A stretch of 64,000 nucleotides of DNA from Eledone cirrhosa (GCA_964016885.1 OZ024742.1:162440001-162504000), one strand, 5' to 3'. Shown: positions 15,001 through 30,100, counted from the first letter of the stretch. Made by a program: numbers and translations. The notes: a model not told the origin generated them from the letters alone.

Positions 15001-18000
15001 TCTGTGAGAGAGGTAATGAGTGTCTGTGTGTGTGAGAGGTAATGAGTGTTTGTGTGTGAGAGGTAATGTGTGTCTGTGTGTGGTAATCAGTGTCTGTGTG
15101 TGTGTGATGTAATGAGTGTCTGTGTGTGTGAGAGGTAATGAGTGTTTGTGTGTGAGAGGTAATGTGTGTCTGTGTGTGTGTGGTAATCAGTGTCTGTGTG
15201 TGTGTGATGTAATGAGTGTCTGTGTGTGTGAGAGGTAATGAGTGTCTGTGCATGAGAGGTAATGACTGTCTGTGCATGAGAGGTAATGAGTGTCTGTGAG
15301 TGTGAGGTAATGAGTGTCTGTGTGAGTGAGAGGTAATGAGTGTCTGTCAGAGAGGTAATGAGTGTCTGTGTGTGTGAGAGGTAATGAGTGTTTGTGTGTG
15401 AGAGGTAATGAGTGTCTGTGTGTGTGAGGTAATGAGTGTGTGTGAGAGGTAATGAGTGTCTGTGTGAGAGAGGTAAAGAGTGGCTGTGTGTGTGTGTGTG
15501 AGATAATGAGGCTCTCTGTGTGAGGTAATGAGTGTCTGTGTGTGTGTTATGTAATGAGTGTCTGTGTGTGAGAGGAAATGAAAGTCTGTGTGTGTGATGT
15601 AATGTGTGTCTGTGTGTGTGTGAGCTAATGAGTGTCTGTGTGCATGAGAGGTAATGAGTGACTGTGTGTGTGTGAGCTAATGAGTGTCTGTGAGTGTGTG
15701 AGAGGTAATGAGTGTCTGTGTGTGTGTGAGCTAAAGAGTGTGTGTGAGAGGTAATGAGTGTCAGTGTGTGTGAGAGGTAATGAGTGTCAGTGTGTGTGTG
15801 AGGTAATGAGTGTCTGTGTGTGTGAGATTTAAGGAGTGTCTGTGTAAGAGAGGTAATGAGTGTCTGTGTGTGTGTGAGGTAATGAGTGTCTGTGTGTGTG
15901 AGGTAATGAGTGTCTGTGAGTGTGAGAGCTAATGAGTGTCTGTGTGTGTGAGAGGTAATGGGTGGCTGTGTGTGAGAGGTAATGAGTGTTGGTGTGTGTG
16001 TGAGAGGTAATGAGTTTCTGTGTGTGAGAGGTAATAAGTGTCTGTGTGTGTGAGGGAATGAGTGTCTGTGTTTGTGAGAGGTAATGAGTGTCTGTGTGTT
16101 TGTGAGGGAATGAGTGTCTGTGTGTGTGAGGTAATGAGTGTCTGTGAGTGTGAGAGCTAATGAGTGTCTGTGTGTGTGAGAGGTAATGGGTGTCTGTGTG
16201 TGAGAGGTAATGAATGTTTGTGTGTGTGTGAGAGGTAATGAGTTTCTTTGTGAGAGAGGTAATGAGTGTCTGTGTGTGTGTGAGATGTAATGAGTGTCTG
16301 TGTGAGGTAATGAGTGTTTGTGTTTGTAGGTAATGAGTGTCTGTGTGTGAGAGGTAATAAGTCTCTGCTTTTGTGTGAGGTAATGAGTGTCTGTGTGCGA
16401 GAGTTAATGATTGTATGTGTGAGAGAAGTAATGAGTGTCTGTGTGTGAGAGGAAATGAAAGTCTGTGTGTGTGAGGTAATGTGTGTCTGTGTGTGTGTGA
16501 GAGAGGTAATGAGTGTCTGTGCGTGAGAGGTAATGAGTGTCTGCGTGTGTGTGAGTGGTAATGAGTGTATGTGTGTGGGTGAGGTAATGAGTGTCTGTGA
16601 GAGGTAATGAGTGTCTGTGTGAGAGAAGTAATGAGTGTCTGTGTGTGAGAGGTAATGAGAGTCTGTGTGTGAGAGGTAATGTGTGTCTGTGTGATAGAGG
16701 TAATGAGTGTGTGTGTGTGAGAGGTAATGAGTGTCTGTGTGTGAGAGGTAATGACTGTCTGTGTGAGAGAGGTAATGAGTGTCTGTGTGTGTGAGGTAAT
16801 GAGTGTCACAGTGTGCGAGGTAATGAGTGTCTGTGTATGTGAGGTAATGAGTGTGTGTGAGAGGTAATGAGTGTCAGTGTGTGATAGGTAATGAGTGTCT
16901 GCGTTTGTGGGGTAATGAGTGTATGTGTGTGTGAGATAATGAGTCTGTGGGAGTGTGTGAGGTAATGAGTGTCTGTCTGAGTGTCTGTTTGTGTGTGATG
17001 TAATGAGTGTCTGTGTGTGCGAGGCGTAATGAGTGTCTGTATATGAGAGGTAATGAGTGTCTGGGTGTGCGAGGTAATGAGTGTCTGTGTGTGTGTGAGA
17101 GGTAATGAGTGTCTGTGTGTGTGTGAGGTAATGAGTGTATGCGAGAGGTAATGAGTGTCAGTGTGTGATAGGTAATATGTGTCTGTGTGAGAGGGGTAAT
17201 GAGTGTATGTGTGAGAGAGGTAATGAGGGTATGTGTGAGAGAGGTAATGAGGGTATGTGTGTGTGTGAGGTTATGAGTGTCTGTGTGTTTGAGGTAATGA
17301 GTGTCTGTGTATGTGTGAGAGGTAATGAGTGTCTGTGTGTATGTGGTAAGGAGTGTCTGTGTGTGAGAGGTAATGAGTGTCTGTGTGTGAGAGGTAATGA
17401 GTGTCTGTGTGTGGGTGTGGTAATGAGTGTCTGTGTGTGGGTGTGGTAATGAGTGTCTGTGGGTGTATGAGAGGCAATGAGTGTCTGCGTGAGAGAGGTA
17501 CTGTGTGTCTATGTGTGAGAGGTAATGAGTGTCTGTGTGAGTGAGCTAATGAGTGTCTGTGTGTGTGAGAGAGGTAATAAGTGTCTGTGTGTGTGAGAGG
17601 TAATGAGTGTCATTGTGTGTGTGAGATAATGAGTGTCTGGAAGAGACAAGTAATGAGTTTCAGTTTGTGTGCGAGGTAATTAGTGTCTGTGTGTGAGAGG
17701 TAATGAGTGTCTGTGTGTATGAGAGGTAATGAGTGCCAGTGTGGGAGAGGTAATGAGTGTCTGTGTGTGTGTGAGAGGTAATGAGTGTCTGTGTGAGGTA
17801 ATGAGTGTCACAGCGTGAGAGGTAATGAGTATATGTGTGTGTGAGATAATGAGTGTCTGTGTGTGTGTGAGGTAAGTAGTGTCTATGTGTGTGAGGTAAT
17901 GAATGTCTGTTTGTGAGAGGTAATGAGTGTCTGTGTGTGAGAGGTAATGAGTGTCTGTGTGTGTGAGGTAATGAGTGTCTGTGTGTGAGAGGTAATGAGT

Positions 18001-18097
18001 GTCTATGTGTGAGAGTTAATGAGTGTCTGTGTGTGTGTGAGAGGTAATGAGTGTCTCTGTGTGTGTGAGGTTATCAGTTTGTGTGAGAGGTAATGAG
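1..18097. repeat. Satellite A: compound minisatellite (GA)GAGGTAATGAGTGTCT(GT)n, variable monomer ~20-30 bp (commonly 24-26), roughly 700 copies; continues past the left window edge
   Basis: The core GAGGTAATGAGTGTCT recurs continuously, separated by GT/GA dinucleotide runs that vary mostly in 2-bp steps. The last core ends ...GAGAGGTAATGAG at 18097. Copy number is estimated from length divided by ~25. Confidence 0.98.
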
Positions 18098-18123
18098 GGA
18101 AGGGCGCCGTTACTTATGTTAGG
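18098..18123 (-). repeat. Single inverted monomer of satellite B at the A/B junction
   Basis: GGAAGGGCGCCGTTACTTATGTTAGG is the reverse complement of CCTAACATAAGTAACGGCGCCCTTCC, a satellite B monomer. Confidence 0.9.
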
Positions 18124-21100
18124 TAACGGCACCCTCCTAACATAGGTAACGGCACACTTCCAACATTGGTAACGGCACCCTTCCATCATAGGTAATGGCA
18201 CCCTCCTAACATAGGTAACGGCACCCTCTCAACATAGGAAATGGGACCCTGCTAACATAGTTAACGGCACCCTCCCAACATAGGTAACGGCACCCTCCTA
18301 ACATAGGGAACGGCACCCTTCCAATATCGGTAATGGCACCTTCCTAACATAGGTAACGGCACCATCCCAACATAGGTAACGGCACCCTCCTAACATAGGT
18401 AACGACACCCTTCCAAAATAGGTAAAGCACCCTCCCAACATAGGTAACTGCATCCTCCTCACATAGGCAATGGCACCCTCCCAACAAAGGTAACGACACT
18501 TTCCTAACATAGGTAACGGCAGCCTCCTAACATAGGTAACGACACCCTTTCAACATAGATAATGGCACCCTTCGAACATAGGTAACGGCAACCGCCCAAC
18601 ATGGGTAACGGCACTCTCCTAAGATAGGTAACGGCACCCTCCTAACATAGGTAACGGCACCCTTCCAACATTGGTAATGGAACCCTCCTAACATAGGTAT
18701 CTTCACCATCCTAACATAGGTAACGGCACCCTTCCAACATAGGTAAAGCACCCTCCTAACATAGGTAACGGCACGCTCCTAACATAGGGAACGGCACCCT
18801 CCTAACATAGGTAATGGCACCCTTTCCAACTAGGTAATGGCACTCTCCTAACATAGGTAATGGTACTCTCCTAACATAGATAACGGCACCCTCCCAACAT
18901 AGGTAATGGCATTCTTCCAACATAGGTAACGGCACCCTCCCAACATAGGTAAAGGATCCCTCCTAACATAGGTAATATCACCCTCCTAACATAGGTAACG
19001 CCACTCTCCCAACATAGGTAACGGCATCCTCCTAAAATAGGTAATGGCACTCTCCCAACATAGGTAACGGCACCCTCCCAACATTGGGAACGGCACCCTT
19101 CCAACATAGGTAATGGTAGCCTGCCAACATAGGTAACGGCACCGTTCCATCATAGGTAATGGCACTCTCCCAACATAGGTAACGGCACCCTCCCAACATA
19201 GATAACAGCACTCTCCCAACATAGGTAACATCACCCTCCCAACATAGGTAACGGCACACTCCCAACATAGGTAACGGCACCCTCCTTACATAGGTAACGG
19301 CACCCTCCCGACATAGGAAACGGCATCCTCCTAAAATAGGGAATAGCACTCTCCCAACATAGGTAACGGCACCCTCCTAAAATAGGTAACGGCACTATCC
19401 CAACATAGGTAACGGCACACTTCCAACATAGGTAACGGCACCTTCCCAACATAGATAACGGCATCATCCCAACATAGGTAACGGCACTCTCCTAACATAG
19501 GTAACGGCACCCTCTTAACAGGTAACGGCCCTCTCCCAACATAGGTAACGGCACCCTCCGAACATAGGTAACGGCACCCTCCTAACTTAGGTAATGGCAC
19601 CCTTCCAACATAGGTAAAGGCACCCTTCCAACATGGGTAACGACCCCTCCTAACATAGGTAATGGAAGTCTCCCAACACATGTAACCACACCCTCCTAAC
19701 ATAGGTATAGGCACCCTTCCAACATAGGTAACGGCACCGTCCCAACATAGGTAATGGCACCCTCCTAACATAGATAATGGCACCCTTCCAATATAGGTAA
19801 TGACACCCTCCTAACATAGGTAACGGCACCCTCCTAACATACGTAATGGCACTCTTCAAACATAGGTAATGGTACCCTCCTAACATAGGTAACGGCACTC
19901 TCCCAACATAGGTAACGGCACCCTCCCAACATAGCTAGTGGCATTCTCCCAACATAGGTAACGGCACCCTCCCAACATAGGTAATAGCACCCTCCTAACA
20001 TAGGTAACGGTACTCTCCCAACATAGGTAACAGCATCCTCCTAAAATAGGTAATGGCACTCTCCCAACATTGGTAATGGCACCCTCCTAACATCGGTAAC
20101 GGAACCTTCCAACATAGGTAATGGCACTCACCCAACATATGTAACGGCACCCTTCCATCATAGGTAATGGCACCCTCCTGACGTAGGTAACGGCACCCTC
20201 CCAACATAGGTAACGGCACCCTCCCAACATAGGGAACGGCACTCTCCCAACATAGGTAACGGCACCCTCACAACATAGGTAACGGCACCTTCTTAACATA
20301 GGTAATGGCACCCTCTTAACATAGGTAATGGCACCCTTCCAATACAGGTAATGGCCCCCTCCTAACATAGGTAACGGCACCCTCCTAACTTAGGTAATGG
20401 CACTCTCCCAACATAGATAAAGGCACCCTCCCAACATAGGAAATGGCATTCTCCCATCATAGGTAACGGAACCCTCCCAACATAGGTAAAGGCACCCTCC
20501 TAACATAGGTAATGACACCCTCCTACCATAGGTAACGGCACCCTCCCAACATAGGTAAAGGCACCCTCCCAACATAGGTAATGGCCCCCTCCAAACATAG
20601 GTACGGCACCCTTCGAACATAGGTAATGGTACCCTCCTAACATAGGTAACCGCACTCTCCTAACATAGGTAATGGCACTCTCCCAATATAGGTAACGGCA
20701 TCCTCCTAAAATAGGGAATGGTACTCTCCCAACATTGGTAACGACACCCTCCAAACATAGGTAACGGCACCCTTCCAACATCGGTAATGGCACCCTCCTA
20801 ACATAGGCAACGGCACCATCCCAACATAGGTAACGACACCTTCATAACATAGGTAATGGCACCGTCCCAACATAGGTAATGGCACACTCCTAAAATAGGT
20901 AATGGCACCCTTCCAATATAGGTAATGACACCATCCTAACATAGGTAACGGCACCCTCCTTTCATACGTAATGGCTCCCTTCAAACATAGGTAATGGTAC
21001 CCTCCTAATATAGGTAAAGGCACTCTCCCAACATAGGTAACGGCACCCTCCCAACATAGCTAATGGCATTCTCCCAACATAGGTAACGGCACCCTCCCAA

Positions 21101-24100
21101 CATAGGTAAAGGCACCCTCCTAACATAGGTAACGGCACTCTCCCAACATAGGTAACGGCATCCTCCAAAAATAGGTAATGGCACTCTCCCAACATTGGTA
21201 ACGGCACCCTCCCAACATACGTAACGGCATCCTCCTAACATAGGTAACGGCACTCTCCCAACATAGGTAACGGCACCCTCCCAACATAGGTAATGGCACT
21301 CACCCAATTTAGTTAACGGCACCCTCCTAACATAGGTAACGGCACCCTCATAACAAGTAACGGCACCCTTCCAACATAGGTAATGGCACCCTCCAACATC
21401 GGTAACGGAACCTTCCAACATAGGTAATGGTACTCACCCAACATAGGTAACAGCACCCTCCTAACATAGGTAATGGCACCCTCCTAACATAGGTAATGGC
21501 ACCCTTCGAATATAGGTAATGGAACCTTCATAACATAGGTAATGGCATTCTCCCAACATATGTAACGGCACCCTTCCATCATAGGTAATGGCACCCTCCT
21601 AACGTAGGTAACGGCACCCTCCCAACATAGGTAACGGCACACTCCCAACATAGGGAACGGCACTCTCCCAACATAGGTAACGGCACCCTCCCAACATAGG
21701 TAACGGCACCCTCTTAACATAGGTAATGGCACCCTCTTAACATAGGTAATGGCACCCTTCCAATACAGATTATGGCCCCCTCCTAACATAGGTAACGGCA
21801 CCCTCCTAACATAGGTAATGGCACCCTTCCAACATAGGTAATGGCACCCGCCTAACATAGGCAACGGCACTCACCTAACATAGGTAATGGCACTCTCCCA
21901 ACATAGGTAACGGCACCTTCACAACATAGATAACGGCATCCTCCCAACATAGGTAACGGCACTCACCTAACAGGTAACGGCACCCTCATAACAGGTAACG
22001 GCACTCTCCCAACGTAGGTAAGGGCACTCTCCCGACATAGGAAAAAGCACCCTCCCAACATAGGTAACGGCACTCACCCAACTTAGGTAACGGCACCCTC
22101 CCAACATAGGTAACGGCACCCTCCTAACATAGGTAACGGCACCCTTCCAACATTGGTAAAGCACCCTCCTAACATAGGTAACGGCACACTTCCAATATAT
22201 TTAATGGCACGCTCCTAACATAGGGAACGGCACCCTCCTAACATAGGTAATGGCACCCTTTCCAACATAGGTAACGGCACCCTTCCAACATAGGTAACGG
22301 CACCCTTCCATCATAAGTAATGGCACCCTGCTAACATATTTAAAGGCACCCTTCCATCATCGGTAATGGCACCCTCCTAACATAGGTAACGGCATCCTCC
22401 AAACATAGGAAGTGGCACCCTGCTAACATAGGTAACGGCACCCTCCCAACATAGGTAACGGCACTCTCCGAACACAGGTAACGACACCCTCCTAACATAG
22501 GTGTCGGCACCTTCAAACATCGGTAATGGCACCCTCCTAACACAGGTAATGGCACCGTCCCAAAATAGGTAATGGCACCCTCCTAACATAGGTAATGGCA
22601 ACCTTCCAATATAGGTAATGGCACCCTCCCAACATAGGTAACGACACCCTCCTAACATAGGTAATGGCACCGTCCCAACATAGGTAATGGCACCCTCCTA
22701 ACATATGTAATGGCACCCTTCCAATATAGGTAATGACACCCTCCTAACATAGGTAACGGCACCCTCCTAACTTACGTAATGGCACCCTTCAAACATAGGT
22801 AATGGTACCCTCCTAAAATAGGTAACGGCACTCTCCCAACATAGGTAACGGCACCCTACCAACATAGCTAATGGCATTCTCCCAACATAGGTAACGGCAC
22901 CCTCCCAACATAGGTAACGGCACTCTCCCAACATAGGTAACGGCATCCTCCTAAAATAGGTAATGGCACTCTCCCAACATTGGTAACGGCACCCTCCCAA
23001 CATACGTAACGGCATCCTCCTAACATAGGTAATGGCACCCTCCTAACATAGGTAACGGCACCCTTCGAATATAGGTAATGGCACCCTCCTAACATAGGTA
23101 CCGGCACCATCCTAACATAGGTAATGGCATTCTCCCATCATAGGGAACGGCACCCTTCCAACATAGGTAACGGCACCCTCCTAACATAGGTAATGGCATT
23201 CTCCCAACATATCTAACGGCACCCTTCCATCATAGGTAATGGCACCCTCCTAACGTAGGTAACGGCACCCTCCCAACATAGGTAACGGCACACTCCCAAC
23301 ATAGGGAACGGCACTCTCCCAACATAGGTAACGGCACCCTCACAACATAGGTAACGGCACCCTCACAACATAGGTAATGGCACTCTCCTAACATAGGTAA
23401 CGGCACCCTTCCAACATAGGTAATAGCACCCTCCTAACATAGGTAACGGCACCCTCCCAACATAGGTAACGGCACTCTCCCAACATAGTTAACGTCACCT
23501 TCCCAACATAGGTAACGGCACCCTCCTAACATAGGAAACAGCACCCTCCCAACATAGGTAACCGCACTCTCCCAACATAGGTAACGGCACCCTCCCAACA
23601 TAGGTAACGGCACCCTCCTAGCATAGGTAATGGCACTGACCCAACATAGGTAATAGCACCCTCCTAACATAGGTAATGGCACCCTTCCAATATAGGTAAT
23701 GTACCATCCTAACATAGGTAACGTCACCCTCCTAACATAGGTAACGGCACACTTCCAACATCGGTAATGGATTCCTCCTAACATAGGTAACGGCACCATC
23801 CCAACATAGGTAACGGCACCCTCCTAACATAGGTAACGGCACACTTCCAACATTGGTAACGGCACCCTCCTAACATGGTTAATGGCACTCTCCCAACATA
23901 GGTAACGGCATCCTCCTAACATAGGTAATGGCACTCTCCCAACATAGGTAACGGCACCCTCACAACATCTGTAACGGCACCCTCCCAACATAGGTAACGG
24001 CACTCTCCCAACATAGGTAACGTCACCCTCCTAACATAGGTAACAGCACTCTCCTAACATAGATAACGGCACCCTCCTGACAGGTAACGGCACCATCCTA

Positions 24101-27100
24101 ACATAGGTAATGGCACCCTTACAACATAGGTAAAGGCATCCTCCTAACATAGGTAACGGCACCCGCCTAACATAGGTAATGGAACCCTGCTAACATAGGT
24201 AACGGCACCCTTCCATCATAGGTAATGGCACTCTCCCAACATAGGTTACGGCACCCTCCCAACATAGATAACAGCACCCTCCCAACATAGGTAATGGCAA
24301 TCTCCGAACATACGTAACAGCACTCTCCCAACATAGGTAACATCACCCTCCCAACATAGGTAACGGCACACTCCCAACATAGATAACGGCACCCTCCTGA
24401 CAGGTAACGGCACCATCCTAACATAGGTAATGGCACCCTTACAACATAGGTAACGGCACCCGCCTAACATAGGTAATGGAACCCTGCTAACATAGATAAC
24501 GGCACCCTTCCATCATAGGTAATGGCACCTTCCTAACATAGGTAACGGCACCCTCCCAACATAGGAAATGGCACCCAGCTAACATATGTAACGGCACGCT
24601 CCCAACATAGGTAACGGCACCCTTCCAACATAGGTAATGGCACCCTCCTAACATAGGTAACGGCACCCTCCCAACATAGGTAACGGCAACCTTACAACAT
24701 AGGTAATGGCACTCTCCTACCATAGGTAACGGCACCCTTCCAACATAGGTAATGGCACCCTCCTAACATAGGTAACGGCACCCTCCCAACATAGGTAACG
24801 GCACTCTCCCAACATAGTTAACGTCACCTTCCCAACATAGGTAACGGCACCCTCCTAACATAGGAAACAGCACCCTCCCAACATAGGTAACGGCACTCTC
24901 CCAACATAGGTAACGGCATCCTCCCAGCATAGGTAACAGCACTCTCCTAACATAGGGAACGGCACCCTTCCAACATAGGTAATGGTAGCCTGCCAACATA
25001 GGTAACGGCACCCTTCCATCATAGGTAATGGCACTCTCCCAACATAGGTTACGGCACCCTCCCAACATAGATAACAGCACCCTCCCAACATAGGTAATGG
25101 CAATCTCCGAACATACGTAACAGCACTCTCCCAACATAGGTAACATCACCCTCCCAACATAGGTAACGGCACACTCCCAACATAGATAACGGCACCCTCC
25201 TGACATAAGTAACGGCACTTTCCTGACATAGGTAACGGCACCCTCCCAACATAGGTAACGGCACCATCCTAACATTGGTAATGGCACCCTTACAACATAG
25301 GTAAAGGCATCCTCCTAACATAGGTAACGGCACCCGCCTAACATAGGTAATGGAACCCTGCTAACATAGGTAACGGCACCCTTCCATCATAGGTAATGGC
25401 ACCCTCCTAACATAGGTAACGGCACCCTCCCAACATAGGAAATGGCACCCTGCTAACATATGTAACGGCACGCTCCCAACATAGGTAACGGCACCCTTCC
25501 AACATAGGTAATGGCACTCTCCTAACATAGGTAACGGCACCCTTCCAACATAGGTAATGGCACCCTCCTAACATAGGTAACGGCACCTTCCCAACATAGG
25601 TAACGGCACTCTCCCAACATAGTTAACGTCACCTTCCCAACATAGGTAACGGCACCCTCCTAACATAGGAAACAGCACCCTCCCAACATAGGTAACGGCA
25701 CTCTCCCAACATAGGTAACGGCACCCTCCCAACATAGGTAACGGCACCCTCCTAGCATAGGTAATGGCACTGACCCAACATAGGTAATAGCACCCTCCTA
25801 ACATAGGTAATGGCACCCTTCCAATATAGGTAATGTACCATCCTAACATAGGTAACGTCACCCTCCTAACATAGGTAACGGCACACTTCCAACATCGGTA
25901 ATGGATTCCTCCTAACATAGGTAACGGCACCATCCCAACATAGGTAACGGCACCCTCCTAACATAGGTAACGGCACACTTCCAACATTGGTAACGGCACC
26001 CTCCTAACATGGTTAATGGCACTCTCCCAACATAGGTAACGGCATCCTCCTAACATAGGTAATGGCACTCTCCCAACATAGGTAACGGCACCCTCACAAC
26101 ATCTGTAACGGCACCCTCCCAACATAGGTAACGGCACTCTCCCAACATAGGTAACGTCACCCTCCTAACATAGGTAACAGCACTCTCCTAACATAGGTAA
26201 CGGCACTCTCCCAACATAGGTACTGGCACCCTGTTAACATAGGTAACGGCACCCTCCCAACATTGGTAATGGCACCCTCCTAACATAGGTAATGGCACCC
26301 TTCCAACATAGGTAAAGGCACCCTCCTAACATAGGTAATGGCACTCTCCCAACATAGGTAACGGCACCCTCACAACATCTGTAACGGCACCCTCCCAACA
26401 TAGGTAACGGCACTCTCCCAACATAGGTAACGTCACCCTCCTAACATAGGTAACAGCACTCTCCTAACATAGATAACGGCACCCTCCTGACAGGTAACGG
26501 CACCATCCTAACATAGGTAATGGCACCCTTACAACATAGGTAAAGGCATCCTCCTAACATAGGTAACGGCACCCGCCTAACATAGGTAATGGAACCCTGC
26601 TAACATAGGTAACGGCACCCTCCTAACATAGGTAATGGCACCCTGCTAACATAGGTAACGGCGCCCTTCCCTCATAGGTAATGGCACCCTCCTAAGATAG
26701 GGAACGGCACCCTTCCAACATAGGTAATGGTACCCTCCCAACATAGGTAACGGCACCCTTCCATCTTAGGTAATGGCACTCTCCCAACATAGCTAACGGC
26801 ACCCTCCCAACATAGATAACAGCACCCTCCCAACATAGGTAATGGCACTCTCCCAACATAGGTAACGGCACCCTCCCAACATAAGTAATGACACCATCCT
26901 AACATAGGTAATGGCACCCTTCCAACATAGGTAAAGGCCCCCTCCTAACAAAGGTAACGGCACCCTTCCAACATCGGTAATGGCACCTTCCTAACATAGG
27001 TAACGGCACCATCCCAACATAGGTAATGGCACCCTCCTAACATAGGTAACGGCACCCTCTCAACATAGGATATGGCACCCTGCTAACATAGTTAACGGCA

Positions 27101-30100
27101 CCCTCCCAACATAGCTAACGGCACCCTCCTAACATAGGGAACGGCACCCTTCCAACATCGGTAATGGCACCTTCCTAACATAGGTAACGGCACCATCCCA
27201 ACATAGGTAACGGCACCCTCCTAACATAGGTAACGACACCCTTCCAAAATAGGTAAAGCACCCTCCCAACATAGGTAACTGCATCCTCCTCACATAGGTA
27301 ATGGCACCCTCCCAACAAAGGTAACGACACTTTCCTAACATAGGAAACGGCAGCCTCCTAACAGGTAACGACACCCTTTCAACATAGATAATGGCACCCT
27401 TCTAACATAGGTAACGGCAACCGCCCAACATGGGTAACGGCACTCTCCTAAGACAGGTAACAGCACCCTCCTAACATAGGTAACGGCACCCTTCCAACAT
27501 TGGTAATGGCACCCTCCTAACATAGGTAACTTCACCATCCTAACATAGGTAACGGCACCCTTCCAACATAGGTAAAGCACCCTCCTAACATAGGTAACGG
27601 CACACTTCCAATATATTTTTATTGGCACGCTCCTAACATAGGGAACGGCACCCTCCTAACATAGGTAATGGCACCCTTTCCAACATAGGTAATGGCACTC
27701 TCCTAACATAGGTAATGGCACTCTCCTAACATAGATAACGGCACCTCCCAACATAGGTAATGGCATTCTCCCAACATAGGTAACGGCACCCTCCCAACAT
27801 AGGTAAAGGAACCCTCCTAACATAGGTAATGTCACCCTCCTATCATAGGTAACGGCACTCTCCCAACATAGGTAACGGCATCCTCCTAAAATAGGTAATG
27901 GCACTCTCCCAACATAGGTAACGGCACCCTCCCAACATAGGGAACAGCACCCTTCCAACATATGTAATGGTACCCTGCCAACGTAGGTAACGGCACCCTC
28001 CCAACATAGATAACGGCACCCTCCCAACATAGCTAATGTCAGTCGCCGAACATACGTAACGGCACTCTCCCAACATAGGTAACGGCACCCTTCCAACATA
28101 GGTAATGGCACCCTCCTAACATAGGTAATGGAACCCTTCCAATATAGGTAACGGCACCCTTCCATCATAGGTAATGGCACCCTCCTAACATAGGTAACGG
28201 CACCCTCCCAACATAGGTAACGGCACTCTCCCAACAGTTAACGGCACCTTCCCAACATAGGTAACGGCACATTCCTAACATAGGAAACAGCACCCTCCCA
28301 ACATAGGTAACAGCACTCTCCCAACATAGGTAACGGCACCCTCCCAACATAGGTAACGGCACCCTCCTAGCATAGGTAATGGCACTGTCCCAACATAGGT
28401 AATGGCACCCTCCTAACATAGGTAATGGCACCCTTCCAATATAGGTAATGTACCCTCCTAACATAGGTAACGTCACCCTCTTAACACAGGTAACGGCACA
28501 CTTCCAACATCGGTAATGGATTCCTCCTAACATAGGTAACGGCACCATCCCAACATAGGTAACGGCACCCTCCTAACATAGGTAACGGCACACTTCCAAC
28601 ATTGGTAACGGCACCCTCCTAACATAGTTAATGGCACTCTCCCAACATAGGTAACGGCACCCTCTTAACATAGGTAATGGCACTCTCCCAACATAGGTAA
28701 CGGCACCCTCAGAACATCTGTAACGGCACCCTCCCAACATAGGTAACGGCACTCTCCCAACATAGGGAACGGCACCCTCCCATATAGGTAATGGCACCTT
28801 CCCAACATAGGTAACGGCACTCTCCCAACATAGGTAACAGCTCCCTTCCATCATAGGTAATGGCACCCTCCCAACATAGGTAACGGCACCCTCCCAACAT
28901 AGGTAACGGCAGCCTTCCAACATGTAATGGCACCCTCCTAACATAGGTAACGGCACCCTCCCAACATGGGTAATGGCACTCTCCCAACATAGGTAACGGC
29001 AATCTCCCAACATAGGTAACGGCACCCTCCTTACATAGGTATCGGCACACTTCCAACATAGGTAAAGGCACCCTCACAAACATAGGTAACGGCAGCCTCC
29101 TAACATAGGTAACGGCACCCTTCCAACATAGGTAATGGCACCCTCCTAACATAAGCAAAGGCACCCTCCCAACATAGGTAATGGCACTTTCCCAACATAG
29201 GTAATGGCACCCTCCTAACATAGGTAACGGCACCCTCCTAACATAGGTAACGGAACTCTCCCAACATAGGTAATGGCACTTTCCCAACATAGGTAACGGC
29301 ACCCTCCCAATATAGGTAATGGCACGCTCCCATCATAGGTAACGGCACTCTTCCAACATAGGTAACGGCACCCTTCAATCATAGGTAATGGCACCCTCCT
29401 AACATAGGTAATGGCACCCTCCCAACATAGGTAACGGCACGCTCCCAACACAGATAACGGCACCCTCCCAACATAGGTAACGACACCCTCCTATCATAGT
29501 TAAAGGCACCCTTCCAACATAGGTAATGGCACCCTCCTAACATAGGTAACGGCACCCTGCCAACATAGGTAATGGTACTCTCCCAACATAGGTAACGGCA
29601 CTCTCTTAATATAGGTAACGGCACCCTCTCTAACATAGGTAATGGGAGTCTCCTAACATAGGTGACGGCACTCTTCCATCAAAGGTAACGGCACCCTCCC
29701 AACATAGGTAATGGCACTCCCACATCATAAATAACGGCACTCTCCCACCATAGGTAACAGCTCCCTTCCATCATAGGTAATGGCACCCTCCCAACATAGT
29801 TAACGGCACCCTCCTAACATAGGTAACGGCACCCTCCTAACATAGGTAATGACACTCTGCCATCATAGGTAACGGCACCCTCCTAAATTAGGTAACGGCA
29901 CCCTTCCAACATAGGTAACGTCACCCTTCCAACATATGTAATGGAACCCTCCTAACATAGGTAACGGCACCCTTCCCACATAGGTAAAGACAGCCTCCTA
30001 ACATAGGTAATGGCACTCTCCCAACACAGGTAATGGCACTCTCCCAACATAGGTAACGGCACCCTCCTAACATAGGTAACGACATTCTCCTAACATCGGT

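Noticed and set aside
1694-17477. His/Thr-rich minus-strand ORFs up to 610 aa (9261-11093) and Cys/Val-rich plus-strand ORFs
   Set aside because: They are translations of satellite A, whose minus-strand consensus has no stop codon in any frame. The ORFs overlap in several frames and frame is not preserved between monomers.
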